This document shows positions 1-13,589 of a DNA stretch of 64,000 nt, in pieces; the stretch's first letter is position 1; each line of letters starts with the position of its first letter. The DNA comes from Convolutriloba macropyga. Taxonomy: Eukaryota. The notes beneath the pieces were generated by a model. It searched no databases and was not told where the DNA came from. It worked only from the letters and a program-made list of their open reading frames with translations. The translations under genes and the position numbers were made by a program. The stretch is from assembly GCF_964194025.1 (NCBI RefSeq), contig NC_134480.1, positions 16,368,001 through 16,432,000 of the forward strand, read 5' to 3'.

Positions 1-999
1 AGATTTTTTAAAATTCAAAATCGATGAGCAGTCAAAAACGCACAATTAAAACTGCTATATTAATTTTCTTATAAACCGCACCATGTTTTTATGGCATAAT
101 TATGAAAAGAAAAAAATATTTTTTTTACTTAGATTTTAATAATCTTTAAAGACAATAACCTGGAGTGACTGCTTTTCTTTAGAGAAATTTTTTTTCCAAT
201 AAATATTTCAGATAAATCTATGGAATTGATATTAGTGATAACAAATATAACTGGGCCGATCAATAAGACGACAACTAAAACTGATTACACTAAATTTTGT
301 TTTAACTGGACGATATTTGCGTGCATTCTCAATCTTAATCACCGCTAAACAACGCTGATTTGACTATTTTATCAATAATTGAGTCACAAGCACCCCTAAT
401 GACCATCTAAAGAAAATTAAGTAAAAAAATTATGCAGACATTTGCGGACCGCTGTCCATGGCCCTATTGCTCACTCGCTATGCAATGTGATCCTCAAAAC
501 CACGGGTGGCTATCGCGGCGATGCATCGACGCGCTTAAAGCGCGCTTACTGGCCCAAAAACTAAGACTAAATTATCATCAAATATTGAGATTTTGCGTGC
601 ATTACTATCATTTGCCGTCTATTTCACGCATAATTTATTGTGTCGTAAATTTGAAACGTCGTCTCGACGAACAGACCTTGGTTGCTGAACGCGATTTTGG
701 CGCATCGCGGTTTTTTCGCGACAACCATTCCCTAAGCTCCGGATTATCTCTCGGCGCCATTGAGATGCATGTGTGTGGCAAGTGGTCCGCAATTTTCCCG
801 ATAATTTTTAAATTTTTTGTTGCTCATTTTCGTCAACTTGGATGACAATGCAATATGCGCAAAAAAGTCAAAATATGGATGCTTTTCCTCCTCAAAGTTA
901 TAACAAGCCAATTCGGGTAACTTAGGGAGTCAAAAACGTCCCAGGGTCATTGCGCCAATGTGAGAGGACTTAAACGTTACGTAATTAGTTCTCAATCAA

Positions 1000-3900
1000 A
1001 ACTATTTGTAACCATTTTTTGTAAAACTGAAAGCAAAATGTTGACGTCTGAATCATGTATAAACATCCTCTTGATCTGTTGCGTTTAAAAAGATCATTTT
1101 CTCGAAGATTTGCAACCATCTAAAGTTCATTTTTGGACAAGGTCGAGTTGCGCAAAATCCAATCTCACTGACATCTGCCAATAACGAGATCTTCTTCTTA
1201 TTCGTAGTGGGTTTGAAAATCAAGATTTCAGTTTTCTGATCTTAATTTGTCCCGCACTAAATCACCTCTAAAGATCTTCAAACATTTCGATGATTTCGTT
1301 TCCTCGATGTGATATATACACTTCCAATATCTTATGGAAAACTCTATTAGGATTCGTTTGGTATCATAAACTGCCAAGGCAACGAAATAATTGCGAAACG
1401 ATACAAAAACAACAAGAAAAAAATCAGCGGAGGAGATTTCATTAACGAATGAGAAAAAATGTTTTAGAGCCTACGTTTCGTTGGCTAGAACCTGCTCTGT
1501 ATTTATTATAGAACGGTTGTATAATTGTTTACTTCAGTTTACAGTTAATATGTCATCTTAACCCGCAGTTGCTTCTAAGTTTATCATTTACACTAAACCG
1601 TAAACTTGTATCGTAACATAAAGACTGGCTGTTACTTTTCTCCAAAGGAGGGAAAATGTTTACGAATGCTAATTTTTAACAGCGTTTCTTTTTTGTGTTT
1701 TGAATTTTTTTGCTCAGATTTAGATCTTTAAATTCTCTGGGTTAGTGATTTGGATTTTCGAAATTGTTGTTTTTTTAAAGCAAAATGACAGCAACCGTTT
1801 TATATCTGACTCCTTTGCTTTGTGGCGGAAATAGATGAACAACATATTGAGTTTCTCAATTTTCATTTTCTTGTGTGAAATTTTTAATTGAAATGTTTGT
1901 CTAGTTTTTCCTTCATTTTGTCTGAGCGATGAATTTGTAACCCTAGTTTTTGCAGCATTGATGCAAATTTATCCCTAGATCATGTTTGATATCCTAGAGT
2001 TTTGAACCATTATAAATTTTTCATTTTTCAAATTTAGTTTATGATATGAACGACCTTGGTTTCGGCGTCGAATTATGGTCACTAATCACAAATGCAAAAA
2101 CGTACAGGCTCGAAATTAACGAACATTCTTATTCGTTTTCAATCTGCCTGTCGCACTACTTCCATCTTCATTTTTCACTAAATATTTCGAGATTTTTAGC
2201 ATTGCGCTGAAATCGGTTGTGCTTCCTGTTCATGGAGACAAAGAAATCTTATATTCACGAAAAAAATCCTATTTTATGAGGTAACCTAATAACCATAAAA
2301 ATTGTTTTTAAGTTAATAAAAAGTGTGAAATATTGTTTTTAAATTTTTCCAGAATTATTTTAAGCTGCTTTTTTTACATTTTGTAACGCTAATTACACTT
2401 GTTGGCTTGTGTTAAGCACACTTAACTTTTTGTTTTCCCCGCTTTATCGATTGACTTATAATCTGTTTGAAAATGTGAAATAGTGATTTCCTTAACAAAT
2501 TGTATTAAAATCTCCAAAAAATTTTTTAATGGGATTTTCTCTATCTTGGGATTTTTGTTATTTATGTTCCGCATTACGATCTTATTGAAAATTGAGAAAA
2601 TCTATTAACCGATTCGAATATTTATAAACCGACTTGTTCCGTTTACTTTAGGTTAACATTTGATTGCCTTAATGATATTGCGTACCAGCGCCCATTTTGC
2701 ATTCCCAAATTAACGGATGCCTTTTTTCTTCGGTTTTGTCTCTCGAACAATTACTGTATTTTTGAAACAAGATTCAGTAAGCCTTTGTAATAATGTTCTC
2801 ATTCATTGTACATAGATAATCACAATTATCATGCCTCATTTTTGAGTTATGTTTGAAGTGATGAAATCTTCTTCCATCTTCTTCCACTAAGTTGACTTGG
2901 TGATTGTATTTCAATTTTTTGCTTGAGGTTTCTGCAGTTATTATGTAATAAGCCCTTACGTTCTCTTATCACCAGCGAAAATCCAAGTTTTTTTATTTTT
3001 GCTTATCTTTGTTTTCAGATCAGAGTTTTTTCACATTTGTCACAATTTATTTGGTGGATTGCATCTATTAATTCCTGTTTTCCAGCAATATCTTGATCAA
3101 TTTGATGCTTTTTTCGTTTGACATCTTCCTCAAAACTTCTCTGTCCTGTTCAATTTATTATAGAATTGCAGATCTTTCAAAAAATACTCCACATTTTATA
3201 TATTTTGCTTGCATACGACAGACTTTGTTGTTGTCAATCTAATAAGTTTATCTGATTGCTTAATTTTTAAAAAAATTTTCTGCAACCTTTGATTTGTTAT
3301 TTTTCTTTGTTGTGCTTTCTCTTTCACTGAAGTCAAAGTTGGATTGATTCTGTCCCTATGAGCCTTTCTACGTTTTGAGAGCTGTGTTTCCGTAAAAGGA
3401 CAATTTTTTTAAAAACAGTTTGCTCCATTTTCGTTTGTTTTAATTTTAGTTTTTTAAAATAAAAAGGAATTGTACTTCTCTTGCTGTTGTCGTTTATTGG
3501 AGTTCGGGTTTGTTTTTCCTCGTCAACAGAATATTGATTTCTTGTTTTTTTTTTGACAAATCGTCTCTACTTTTCTGGAAGAAAATTTAGTGTTTTTTCT
3601 TACTGTTGGTTTGTCTTTGAATTGTGTGTGATATTGATTACTTCTTGTTCATCAAATAACATCGTCATTAAGCTTCCGTTTTATTATTTGAGGTTTCAGC
3701 TGTTAGTATTTGATGAGCCGTTTTGTTTATTTTTCACTCGCCAAAGTCCAGTCTTTACAAGTTTTGCATATCATTGTTTTCAGCACTTTATTCTCTTTTA
3801 TGACCATATGGAAAACTTCTTCACGGTTATTGTCTTGAGTTTCAACTATGCTTCCTTTTTTCCAGAACTTTGGTCAAGTTATGGCTATTCTTTGTTTGAA

Positions 3901-6900
3901 ACCTTTCCGAAGATTTTTGAATATGTTCTATATGACTCAAACTAATGTGGATTCCAGCTATTTTTGTTCCGACCCTCTTGAGGGGGGAGGAACTATATAC
4001 TCAAATGGGTTTTTTTTGTTCCGTGAATTTTCGCCGATCGAAATATTCATCGTAGAGAGTTGAAACTGGTATCATTAGAAAGCTCGTCCAGCGTAGAATA
4101 TGGAATTAAATTTTCATTTAATTTTCGTTTTCTACAGGGAGTTATAGAGGTTTAAAATTCTGAGGAAAGTAGAGTGAATTCACGTTGTTTTTATTCACAT
4201 TTTCCGGCATTTTTGCCTAAATTTTTGTCAATTTTGCTAACATTTGTTATAATTTTTAAGAGTAGTGTCGATGATTTTATTTTTGAAGACGAACAAGCAT
4301 TGTTGATTGTTTTGATTTAATTTTTTTTGGTCAAAAAATCTGGATAAACATTTCAAAATTTAGCCTTTTTCATCAAAAACAGCACGAAATAAGCTACTTT
4401 AGTCTACTTTGATTAAATTTGCCGACAGTACACCCTTAAACAACACTCATACAATCTTTGTAGACTCAGAGGGGGGCTATTTCTACTTCAGAGTCCGCTG
4501 AGAGTGCTCTGTAGTTAAAACTTTACTTACTTTTGCTAACTTTACTCGTTGATTATCAAAAATGCAGAATTTATTTTGAGTTTTCAACTAACAAATTATC
4601 TATATCTACAACATTCGAAAAATCAATTGTTCCTAACGGACAAAAAGCATTAACAGGGCTAGTTTTGGGCCATTCTTGGACTGTTACAATCCAAAAAAAA
4701 TTGGGTTGTAATCAGTCGGTCTTTTTTTTTTTAAAAAAAGACCTTTTTTCTTAATAATAAAGAACAGAACATATCAAATCAAAGCTCAGGAGTGATAGGT
4801 CCAACCAATTCGCTTACGAAGCACCTCCAAGCTAATGCATTTAGTTTTTTATTTGAAAATTTATGGTTGTTTCTTTTTTAAAAAATAATTGACTTTTCAA
4901 TAAATAATGGTTTAATTATTTTCCTCTATTTTTTTCTTAATTTGTTCAACTTCCAGCTTAGTGTCAGCAAAGAAAGAATGCTTCTTCTTTCTACTGATTT
5001 AACCTTCATTATAGGTTGCAGTTTTAAGCCTGAAGTTATTGTTTTCTGGCTTTGATACTACGAGATTTCAGATTTTTGTTTGTTTTGATATTTGCCAGTT
5101 TTTCACGTTTTCTCATTTTGTCACATTATCACATTATTGACAGTTCTCATTTCACATTATTAGCGTTGAGAATAAGGCAAAATTGATCATATTAAAATCC
5201 TGAAATATATAAGTCCTCGTTTTAACGGCCTCGACACCTCTTTCTTGAAGAAATCAATTGAATTTTTTAATTTTGTCTTTAACTTTCATTTATACTTTGT
5301 CGTTTCGGTCGTATGAAGTTTCCTGTATAGTGATAGCTTTCATTGGCTTTTCATGGAAGAATAGAAGATCGATATTCTGATATTAGTAGATAGCTGATGG
5401 CTTTCATGACTTTGAAAACTATCGTTTTCCAAAAATTAAAGAAAAAACTTTTTAACTTCGCTTTTTGTTCTTTTTATGTTTCTTTTTGTTACCTACTCTG
5501 GTTAGTTAATTGCAGGTCAAATATGAGATTATGGGTGTCAAGGGAATAAAAGGGATTGGTGTCCCAAAATCTTTTTTTAAGAATTTGTTATGACCTTACT
5601 GGCTTCGACACCGGTCTTTCACAAAAAAAAGTAAATTAATTTGATTTTTGTCATATTTGACGATCTTTTTCTAGATGCAAGAAATATTCTGGGTAATTGC
5701 AGGTCTCGAGGGCTTCCTTTTCATGAACAAACGACCCTATTTAAATAGTTCTTTTTTTAATTAATGCCTTTCATGACATTGAATGTAATTTTGTTTCGAA
5801 AAAAAATTAAAAGTATTACATAGTTTAACACTTCGCTTTTTTGTCTACTTGTTACCTAGTCTTACTAATGAATGGCCACGTAATACACTATAGCTGTTTG
5901 AAGAAGGCGCAATCGAATATATTTTGAGGGCCAAAATACGGCTTGACGGTTTTGACAGCGTTTTCTGGCAAGTTTCAATTGAAATTTTGTTTGTTTTTTT
6001 TTGTTGTTCTTTTTAGCCGCTTTAAAAAATGAATAAGGACAGATCCTAATGCCCATCTATATAAGCAGTGCTAATCGTAAATTTGTGTTAATATTAATTG
6101 ATTCCTAATGGTATTTATTACTTTGAAGTTAACTGTTTCAAGAAAATAAGTTAATTTTTTTACTTTACTGTTTTTGTTCTTTTTTGTATAATTGTTACTA
6201 AAACTTTTTATGGACTGGTCGCATATGTTTTCTGGTGTTTTGTAAGTTATTTTTGTTCAGTATTAGGTTTATCTGACGGTATGTAGACTTTGTTATTAAA
6301 TTTAGTTTTTAAGAGGAACATAAATTTTTTGATATAATTAATGTTTGTTGTTGTTGTTGTTGTTGTTGTTTGATTTTGCTGTTCGTCCTGACTCGCTTTC
6401 TTAATATTGAAATATTACAGCAATCTAATGCATCAATTCTTACTCCACTGAGTTATTTGCTTTGGAGGCTATCTTATGGTTCATACAGAATTTTTTGGAA
6501 AAGACTAGGGCTGTTTTGGGATTCGCAAAATTTTTTTTTGGATTTTTCTGTCTGTTCCTCATTTGGTAGACAATTATGCCAAAATTGTGGATGGGCGGGG
6601 TCGGAACCTTATGTGCCATCGCACATTACCGAGCCGCCTTGTTTGATGAAAATTACCACGCTAGCATTTTCAGGGTTTAATTATTTTTTTTTATATTTCT
6701 TCCATGTATTGTTCTTTGAACCTGTTCTATATATACCATCCTTTATGTCAAAAAAAAACCTGGCATACGATTCCATATGTCTCTAAGTAAGCTTTAGTTA
6801 GAACTACAAATTCTAGCTCAGAGTCTAATTTTGCCAAGTTCGATTTTACACACATTTCCCCCTTTATCCTGAATATTTGGATCTATAATTCTGTCATGAT

Positions 6901-7140
6901 AATCGATCTTTATAACTTTGTAATGATAATGATATTTGTGGTTTTAATGTTTGGCTGCCTTTTGGACATTTTTTTTCCGTAGAAACGCAGTTTTTGCTGC
7001 ATAAAGCGCTTTTTTGCTATCTTTGTTTTTTTTGCGTGTGACCGAAGCGTCCGACTGAAGTGTCCGATTCGGTTTCGAACTCTTTGACGGAACGGATCTG
7101 GCAAGTTAATTAATTTGTTGAGAAAGTGTCCATCCAATAA
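1000..7140 (-). mobile_element. Highly decayed Ty3/Gypsy-like LTR retrotransposon internal region (boundaries approximate)
   Basis: Minus-strand translation across frameshifts gives integrase-like remnants at ~2640-3160 (SRYCWKTGINR..NCDKCEKT zinc-finger part, then LDF/AG). A possible protease remnant (ALLI-D-G) lies near 6060, a (CAA)n poly-Q run at 6345-6370 and a gag-like ORF at 6910-7137. The order is gag-PR-...-IN; no intact ORF remains. Confidence 0.5.
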
Positions 7141-7404
7141 TCAGCAACGGTTATTTCAGAAATTTGGCCCTATATGTTGCAACAAATGCCCGCATTTGCT
7201 ACGTTTTAGAGCTACAAGTGAGAGTCACGTGACGCGGCTTCACATTTTGGTTCGGTATTATCTAAGATTTTGTCTTATCTAAGAACAGATGCGTTAGTAT
7301 GATCATACAAATCGGTTTCCAAATCAATATAGGTGTCATACATTTCGAGGACATGGTGTATTATAGAGGTTTATGGAGCAGATTACGAGTCTGGCACCTG
7401 CATA

Positions 7405-7770
7405 TTGGAGTGCTGGGACAATAGATCGAAAGACAACAGATCGAAAGCAAAAATCGGGACAATAGATCGAAAATTAAATAATTCAAGTTGCGTATTGGCC
7501 AATCAGATTTAAGCGCTCATTCATTAACTGCATATAACATGTTCTATTGTGATATTTTGTTCGGTTGTGATAGATTCATATCAAGTCCCACGGGCCGCTA
7601 AGGCATGGCCATGGCTCGCAAGGCATGGCCATACAGTGGTAATTATATTGCAGCTCGCAAATAATGTTCAATTTTAGCCAATAAGAATAGAGAATGATTT
7701 TCGATCTATTGTCCCAATTTTTCTGTTTTCGATCTGTTGTCCTTTCGATCTATTGTCCGGTCACCGCATA
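7405..7770. mobile_element. Palindromic MITE
   Basis: Left arm GGACAATAGATCGAAAGACAACAGATCGAAA..GGGACAATAGATCGAAAAT is the reverse complement of the right arm at 7697-7760. Inner arms are also loosely inverted. Confidence 0.8.
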
Positions 7771-9356
7771 TTGGTCTGGGGGACTCACCCTCCTAACAGG
7801 AGGCGGATAATGAAGGATGCGTCACGTCATCATTTGTTAAGGCCAACGGAGGAAACATTAGGACAGAACTTCGTCTTATTTCAATTTAGTACCGAAATCG
7901 TTTCGACAACTGAGAGAAGTTTAAAGTGCAATTGCTAGTTGTGATAGAAAGTCATAGCGTTAAAACATCTACGTCATATCCAGCTCTGACATTTCTAGCT
8001 ATAAAATATCACAAGACACAGAGACGCTTTATGTCTGAAGAAGCGTTTGAGGATTGGAAGACCAATGTCGCCTTGGGCTCTCCAAATGCTTGCCTCATTA
8101 ATTTTAATTTTACTCAAAGCAACAAGATTAGAAAACCATAAAAAAATTATCTGCAAAAATAAAACTTGCGTACGCTTGTGTTTATCTCCTAAATTTTCGG
8201 TTTTCCGATGAAAATATGAGGGAAAAAACCTTTTGAATGATAGTAAGGCTTTCTATGAAATATGTAAACTTTAAAAAGTACCACCGTTATGTTAAATACT
8301 AACTCGTTCGTAAATATCAATTTAGCAATCACCATTCGTTAATAATTTTATGTGGAACATAATGATAAACAAGAAACAATTGAGGAGGCAGAAATATTTT
8401 TTTGGTCCGATTTCCTACTCGGTCCGGTGCAAGAATTAAAAACAATTAATTTTCTATCAGCTGATCACTTTTGAATTGTAATTTTTTTAGGCAGAGCGAT
8501 TGTATATTCTGGTTGCACTTTCAACTGTTGTGTTATTATCTGTGTCGCTTATAATACTTTCTTTATTTTTTTGAGGAAACTGTATCGCCTTGTAAGCAAA
8601 TACTTTCAAGGAGTCATTAGTTTTTAGTAGATTTTGTGGCATGAAAACTCTTACCAAGCATCATAAAATCGTTTGAGGTTTTCTCTTAATTAAATATCGA
8701 GTATCTAATAATCAATGCACGGTCAGAAAACGATGAAACTGTTGTCCCTCAAGGACATTTCCCTGATCAACTGCGAAAGAGTTTATTCCAAAAGGTTTAT
8801 TTTGGCGCAGAAACTCTATACCGGCTGTCGATTTTTTGCTTTGACTTTAAAAAGTGGTAGCATGGGAAAGCTGTTGCAAAAACTAACAATCCCTTAAGAA
8901 TAAGCGAAACGATTTTTGATTTCTACAACAACTTAAGTGCATACTATTTGCAAAATTTTGCACCACTCTTGTATGTCACCAAACAAGACAATCTCCGAGG
9001 TTCATAGATTGTCTTGGAAATATATAAAAACTCATACTTTCCACAAAAACAAAGAAGAAAAATAAATTATATTGATTTAAAGTCAAAAAAATTTCAGTCA
9101 TTCTAATAAAATTCAAAGAAATACAGAAAGGATCACAAATATTTATATAATTCATTTCTCTGCTTTTAGAAAATCAAAACTTTTAGAAAATCAAAACTTA
9201 TTTTGATTTTTTGTCTATTTCAAGCTTAGATTTTTCGGCTGACAGAATGTCTATTTTTACTAATTTTTCATTCAAAGTTAGCACACAGGAAACAGATCTT
9301 TTTTAAAAAAAGTGTCAGTTGTTGCAAATGCGTGGAACGCTAGAAAAGTTTAACCT

Positions 9357-9462
9357 AGTTGATGAATCTTACGTTTTCATGATATTTACGTTTTCATGAT
9401 ACGTTTTCATGATGAATCTTACGTTTTCATGATAGTTGATGAATCTTACGTTTTCATGATAT
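9357..9462. repeat. Short tandem repeat (GATGAATCTTACGTTTTCATGAT-like units)
   Basis: TACGTTTTCATGAT occurs 5 times in ~105 bp. Confidence 0.85.
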
Positions 9463-10189
9463 GAAGTTTTTTTCCAGTAATTTTATAACAGTGTAACCAC
9501 CATTGTTAATTCGGATGGCAGTTAAAATTGAGAAACCTAACCATTAAAATTAGTAAACTGTTCTCACTTTGTTTTTTTCTCTTAACAGCAACTTAGTCTC
9601 GAAAAACACATAAAAAAGAACAAAATTTAAATCTAAAAAAATCAAATTAATTACTTATTTTTTCGAATTTTGAATTTTTTATTTTTACTAGTATGGTTTT
9701 GTGCCATCTGTCGATGTCTATTATTTCAATGACTTGAAATGGAATTAAAAAATTACTGTTATTGACCACTGAAACCTATAGTCATAGTGCAAGCACTAAA
9801 AATAATTTGCTTACAGTACTCATCATTACAAATTCAGTAGCAATTCTCAATAGCGCCTTACACAGTTTGGTAGTGCAAAAACTAGCATATTATAAACTAG
9901 AATACTTCATTTCCCCTATCTTCGTTTTTACTGGTTTTCAATTTTTGTTTTCCGACTCATTTCAATTTCTTAGTTTAGTGCATTTGGCGGTTCGATCGAA
10001 AAGAATTTAATATACCATAAAGTTGAAAGGAAAATTGAAAGAACCCGAATGTCACTTGTTTTGCTTAGAAAGAAGTTGGACGTCTCCCACCTTTTCAAAT
10101 TTTCCAAATATGTCAAAATTTTCTATTTGAAGCCGAACAGAAGATGCTAGAAATAAATTGTGCTGAGTCAAAAGTAAAATTTGATTTAG

Positions 10190-10283
10190 AATTGTTTTAC
10201 AACTCTGGTGATGTGAAAACAACTCTGGTGAGTAGTTTTACAACTCTGGTGATGTGAATTGTTTTATAACTCTGTTGATGTGA
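10190..10283. repeat. Short tandem repeat (TTTTACAACTCTGGTGATGTGA-like, ~4 copies)
   Basis: Directly visible repeated units. Confidence 0.8.
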
Positions 10284-10479
10284 TGTATAAAGCAGGCATT
10301 ATGCTGACCTTCTAATAGTAAGAATATTAGTTATACTAGTGCTTAGCGATGTTCAATTCATGAATCAGGATAAATTGTTGAAAAGAAGTTTCAACTTTTC
10401 AATGTTTTTATTGGTTTGTTTGGAACAATATGTGCAAAGTCACATTGCGAATTCTCCTGGTATCTTTAGGATACAAACT

Positions 10480-12500
10480 CTCGTTGAGCAGTACAAAGCC
10501 TAGCAAGATTTTTCCAGAATCGTTAATGATTTTGATCCAAAATAGTATTTCCTAAGCTTAAAAGTTCCAAGTAAATACTGCACAAGATATAAAACTCTGT
10601 ACGCACTGAAAACCATTTCGCAAAGCCAAGTCAAATTTTTTAGCTAAGTTTTTCTTCTAAATGGAAAAAAGTTGTCGTGATATACCCGAACAATGGAACA
10701 ATGGTTATGACCAAGGAGTTCCCATTCAAATGAAATTTATGATGAACTAATTGACAAAATTAATCGCTTGCAAACGTAAACAGTATGTGCTACCTTGTGA
10801 CCAAAACATTCATAGAATAAAGCTTGATAGAATACAGGACGACTTTTCCAATTTTTCCTGCCATCTGTATTGTGCCATGGCAACTAAGTCCCAAAGAAAA
10901 ATGAATAATAGAAAGATTAAACAAATCTAAATTCATCTAAGTCAGAAGCCAAATCCATTCAGTTTTTGATCTTTACATTTTTTAAACAGATAATTTAAAA
11001 AAATGTTCATTTTCTCTCTGTTTCTTCAAAAACTTTAGTGGTTTTCAACGTTTGGTGCCATTTTCATCAATGCTAAAAATATCGAGGGCTAGAATTTTGA
11101 AATTAAGAAAAAATATTACTCTTATTTCAGTTTCAGAGGAAATTGTTGAGTTTGAACGCATCTGTAGTCATTTCAACACCTTGTAAAAAGAGTATCAAGT
11201 TGAAGAGAAGAGAATTTGAAAAGTTCAATTGGGTGCGAAATTCATCTGTTTTTGATTAGAATATTTATGGACGTCTCAGATTGATCTTCAAATCCTCAGC
11301 ACTCCACAAGCTGTGTTCAGGTAATTACAAAATCAGTTGAACACCAGGTGTACATATATCTAAATGCACCTGAATTGTAGTTGAGATACCTTTTTACCTC
11401 AGCTGATTCAGGTGTGATTAGCTGAAAAAGTACGTTACGCTAAAATATGCACATAAAATATTGTTGCTGTTAAAGTTTTGTTAAAACAATCGAAAATTAA
11501 TTTTGCCTTACAATAGAGCATCTATTATTAAGATCATGAACCCAGAAACAACTATGCAATTAATGCGGATCGATACCAGTTTTATGCAAAAAGTAGACAA
11601 GAAGAAATGCCTTAAAATTTTGGACATTTTCTGAATTTCCAGGTGTTTCTGAATTTAACATAATTTTTCAAGTAATTTTCTTAGATGAAATTCAGGTATA
11701 TACAAGAGATTTTGCCTGAGCTGTTCAGGCATTTTTCTCAAGTGTTCTTAGGCATGTTCAGATTAAAAAATTCATCCAGTGATGCCTGCTTTTTCAGGTG
11801 AAATTCAAATAAAATTCAGGTGCTTTTGGATGTTCTTTGGGTGCCAATTTACCTGAACAGTTCGTAAATTTATGTGTTTTCTACAGGCAAAATCCTCCAA
11901 ACTGTTTTAGAGAAAATAAGTAGAAATCTTATCCAGTTTTGGGAGAAAAAGAAAGCAACGATAATTCTGGCCTTTTTGATGATAAGCCTTTTTGTTAGGC
12001 TGGTGCATAACGATGTTCATTTCACAAATCAGAGAACAGTTCTGAAAAAGAAGTTATTACTTTTCCAATTTTTCGTTAGTTTGGTGGGAACATTGTGAAC
12101 AAGGGAGCATTGCAGGATCTTATACCTTCAAGTTACCACCGCTTCCTGATCAAGTATAATGCCTGAAGATTTGTCCATAATCTTGAATGATTTTAATCCA
12201 TATAACCAACTCCTAAGCACAAATGCTACAAATAAACATTAAAGAAGATATCAAGCTGTATACGAACTGAAAGCCATTTTGTCGACCCAAGTAAAGTTTC
12301 GTAACTATTTTTTCTTCTAAATAAAAAAGATTAGTTGATGAAAATAACACGTCCATACATACTATGGCTGCGGTCCAAGATTTGTGATTCGAAAGAAATT
12401 TACGATGAACAAACTAATTGACAAAAGTAAACGCTTGCAAACGTAAGCGGTATGTGCTACCATGTGATCAAAGTATTTTATAGAATACGTTTTGATATAA
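10480..12500 (+). repeat. Diverged ~350-bp direct repeat pair (~10480-10835 and ~12150-12500)
   Basis: Shared blocks such as AACTAATTGACAAAA..CGCTTGCAAACGTAA..GTATGTGCTACC.TGTGA in both copies. Confidence 0.7.
11305..11865. mobile_element. MITE-like element with TTCAGGT/ACCTGAA subrepeats
   Basis: Termini GTTCAGGTAATT and AATTTACCTGAAC are inverted; many internal TTCAGG motifs. Similar motif content at 38750-39245. Confidence 0.5.
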
Positions 12501-13589
12501 TACGCGGAGATAAGCGCTATTAACTTCGTACAAACACTTCAAAGTCTGTAGTCGTTAAAATTAATTCTCCTGAAGCAAGTCAATCTTTACACTTCAAGTT
12601 TAGTTCTAGTATGAAATGAAAAATATTGCAGTTGTATTTGGGATCAATACACCATTACAAATAAACACGTTCTTACAAAATTAAATGTGCTGGTTGAAGT
12701 TATATGTAAGGTTAAACGATCAAATTTAGCTTTAGATCAGTCAATTTTGGCCGAGCAATATATACGTCCAAAAAGGTTAAGAATCCTAACACTGCAAAGC
12801 TTGTCGAGCGCAGATAATAAACTGGGAGATCCAAAGTTAACTGGCCTTAGACTTTTTGAGGTCTCACGAAATCTGGATAATCAGTTATTAGAAATATGGT
12901 TCCTTTTTACTTTGTTTTCTCTTTGACAAATTTAGAGTTGAAGAGACTTCGGTCATTTTAGCGTCGTTTTGTGCTGTTAACGTCTAAAATATTTTCGAAA
13001 AAAATAGCTGAAAACACCTAGAACAGGTAGCTAAAATTTTTTTGTCCACTTCATCATTCACCTTAAAAATCTGGAAATCGCAAAGCTACCACCATCTCTC
13101 CTACCCATTGGATGGATAGTTTTAGGTCGTTGAAAAAAACATAACCGACTAAACGTCGGAAGAATTGCTCTGGAACGACTAGTTGGAGCTCTAATCAATT
13201 GCAGCCTGCTTCAGTCTGGGGGGGGGGGGTCTAAATGCGACTAAGAGAATCAATAGTAGGCTTCAAATAACCACATTAGAGGTTAACATATACCACGATT
13301 AAGATTTAAATTGAAAATGGTACTAGTTTTTGTGCATTTTTCATTTGACCTTTAGTATTAAATAACGCTTGCCACCAATTGAGTTCAGCCGCTTGAAATT
13401 GGGATTGAGAGAGGATTTTAGATCATGCGAAACGCAAAAAATCAAGGGCATAAAAGAAAAGTAAAAACCGTCAAGCAAAAATTTAGCATAAAAAAGACAC
13501 ACGTTTACAAAAATTGCTATGAACTTCGTTCAAAAGCAATTTAACGTTCAAAAACAGTTTTCATCGAATGTTTCAAATTTATAAACTTT

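Noticed and set aside
432-845. 137-aa ORF and CG-rich palindromes near 515-550
   Set aside because: No recognisable protein motif; could not be tied to an element end.
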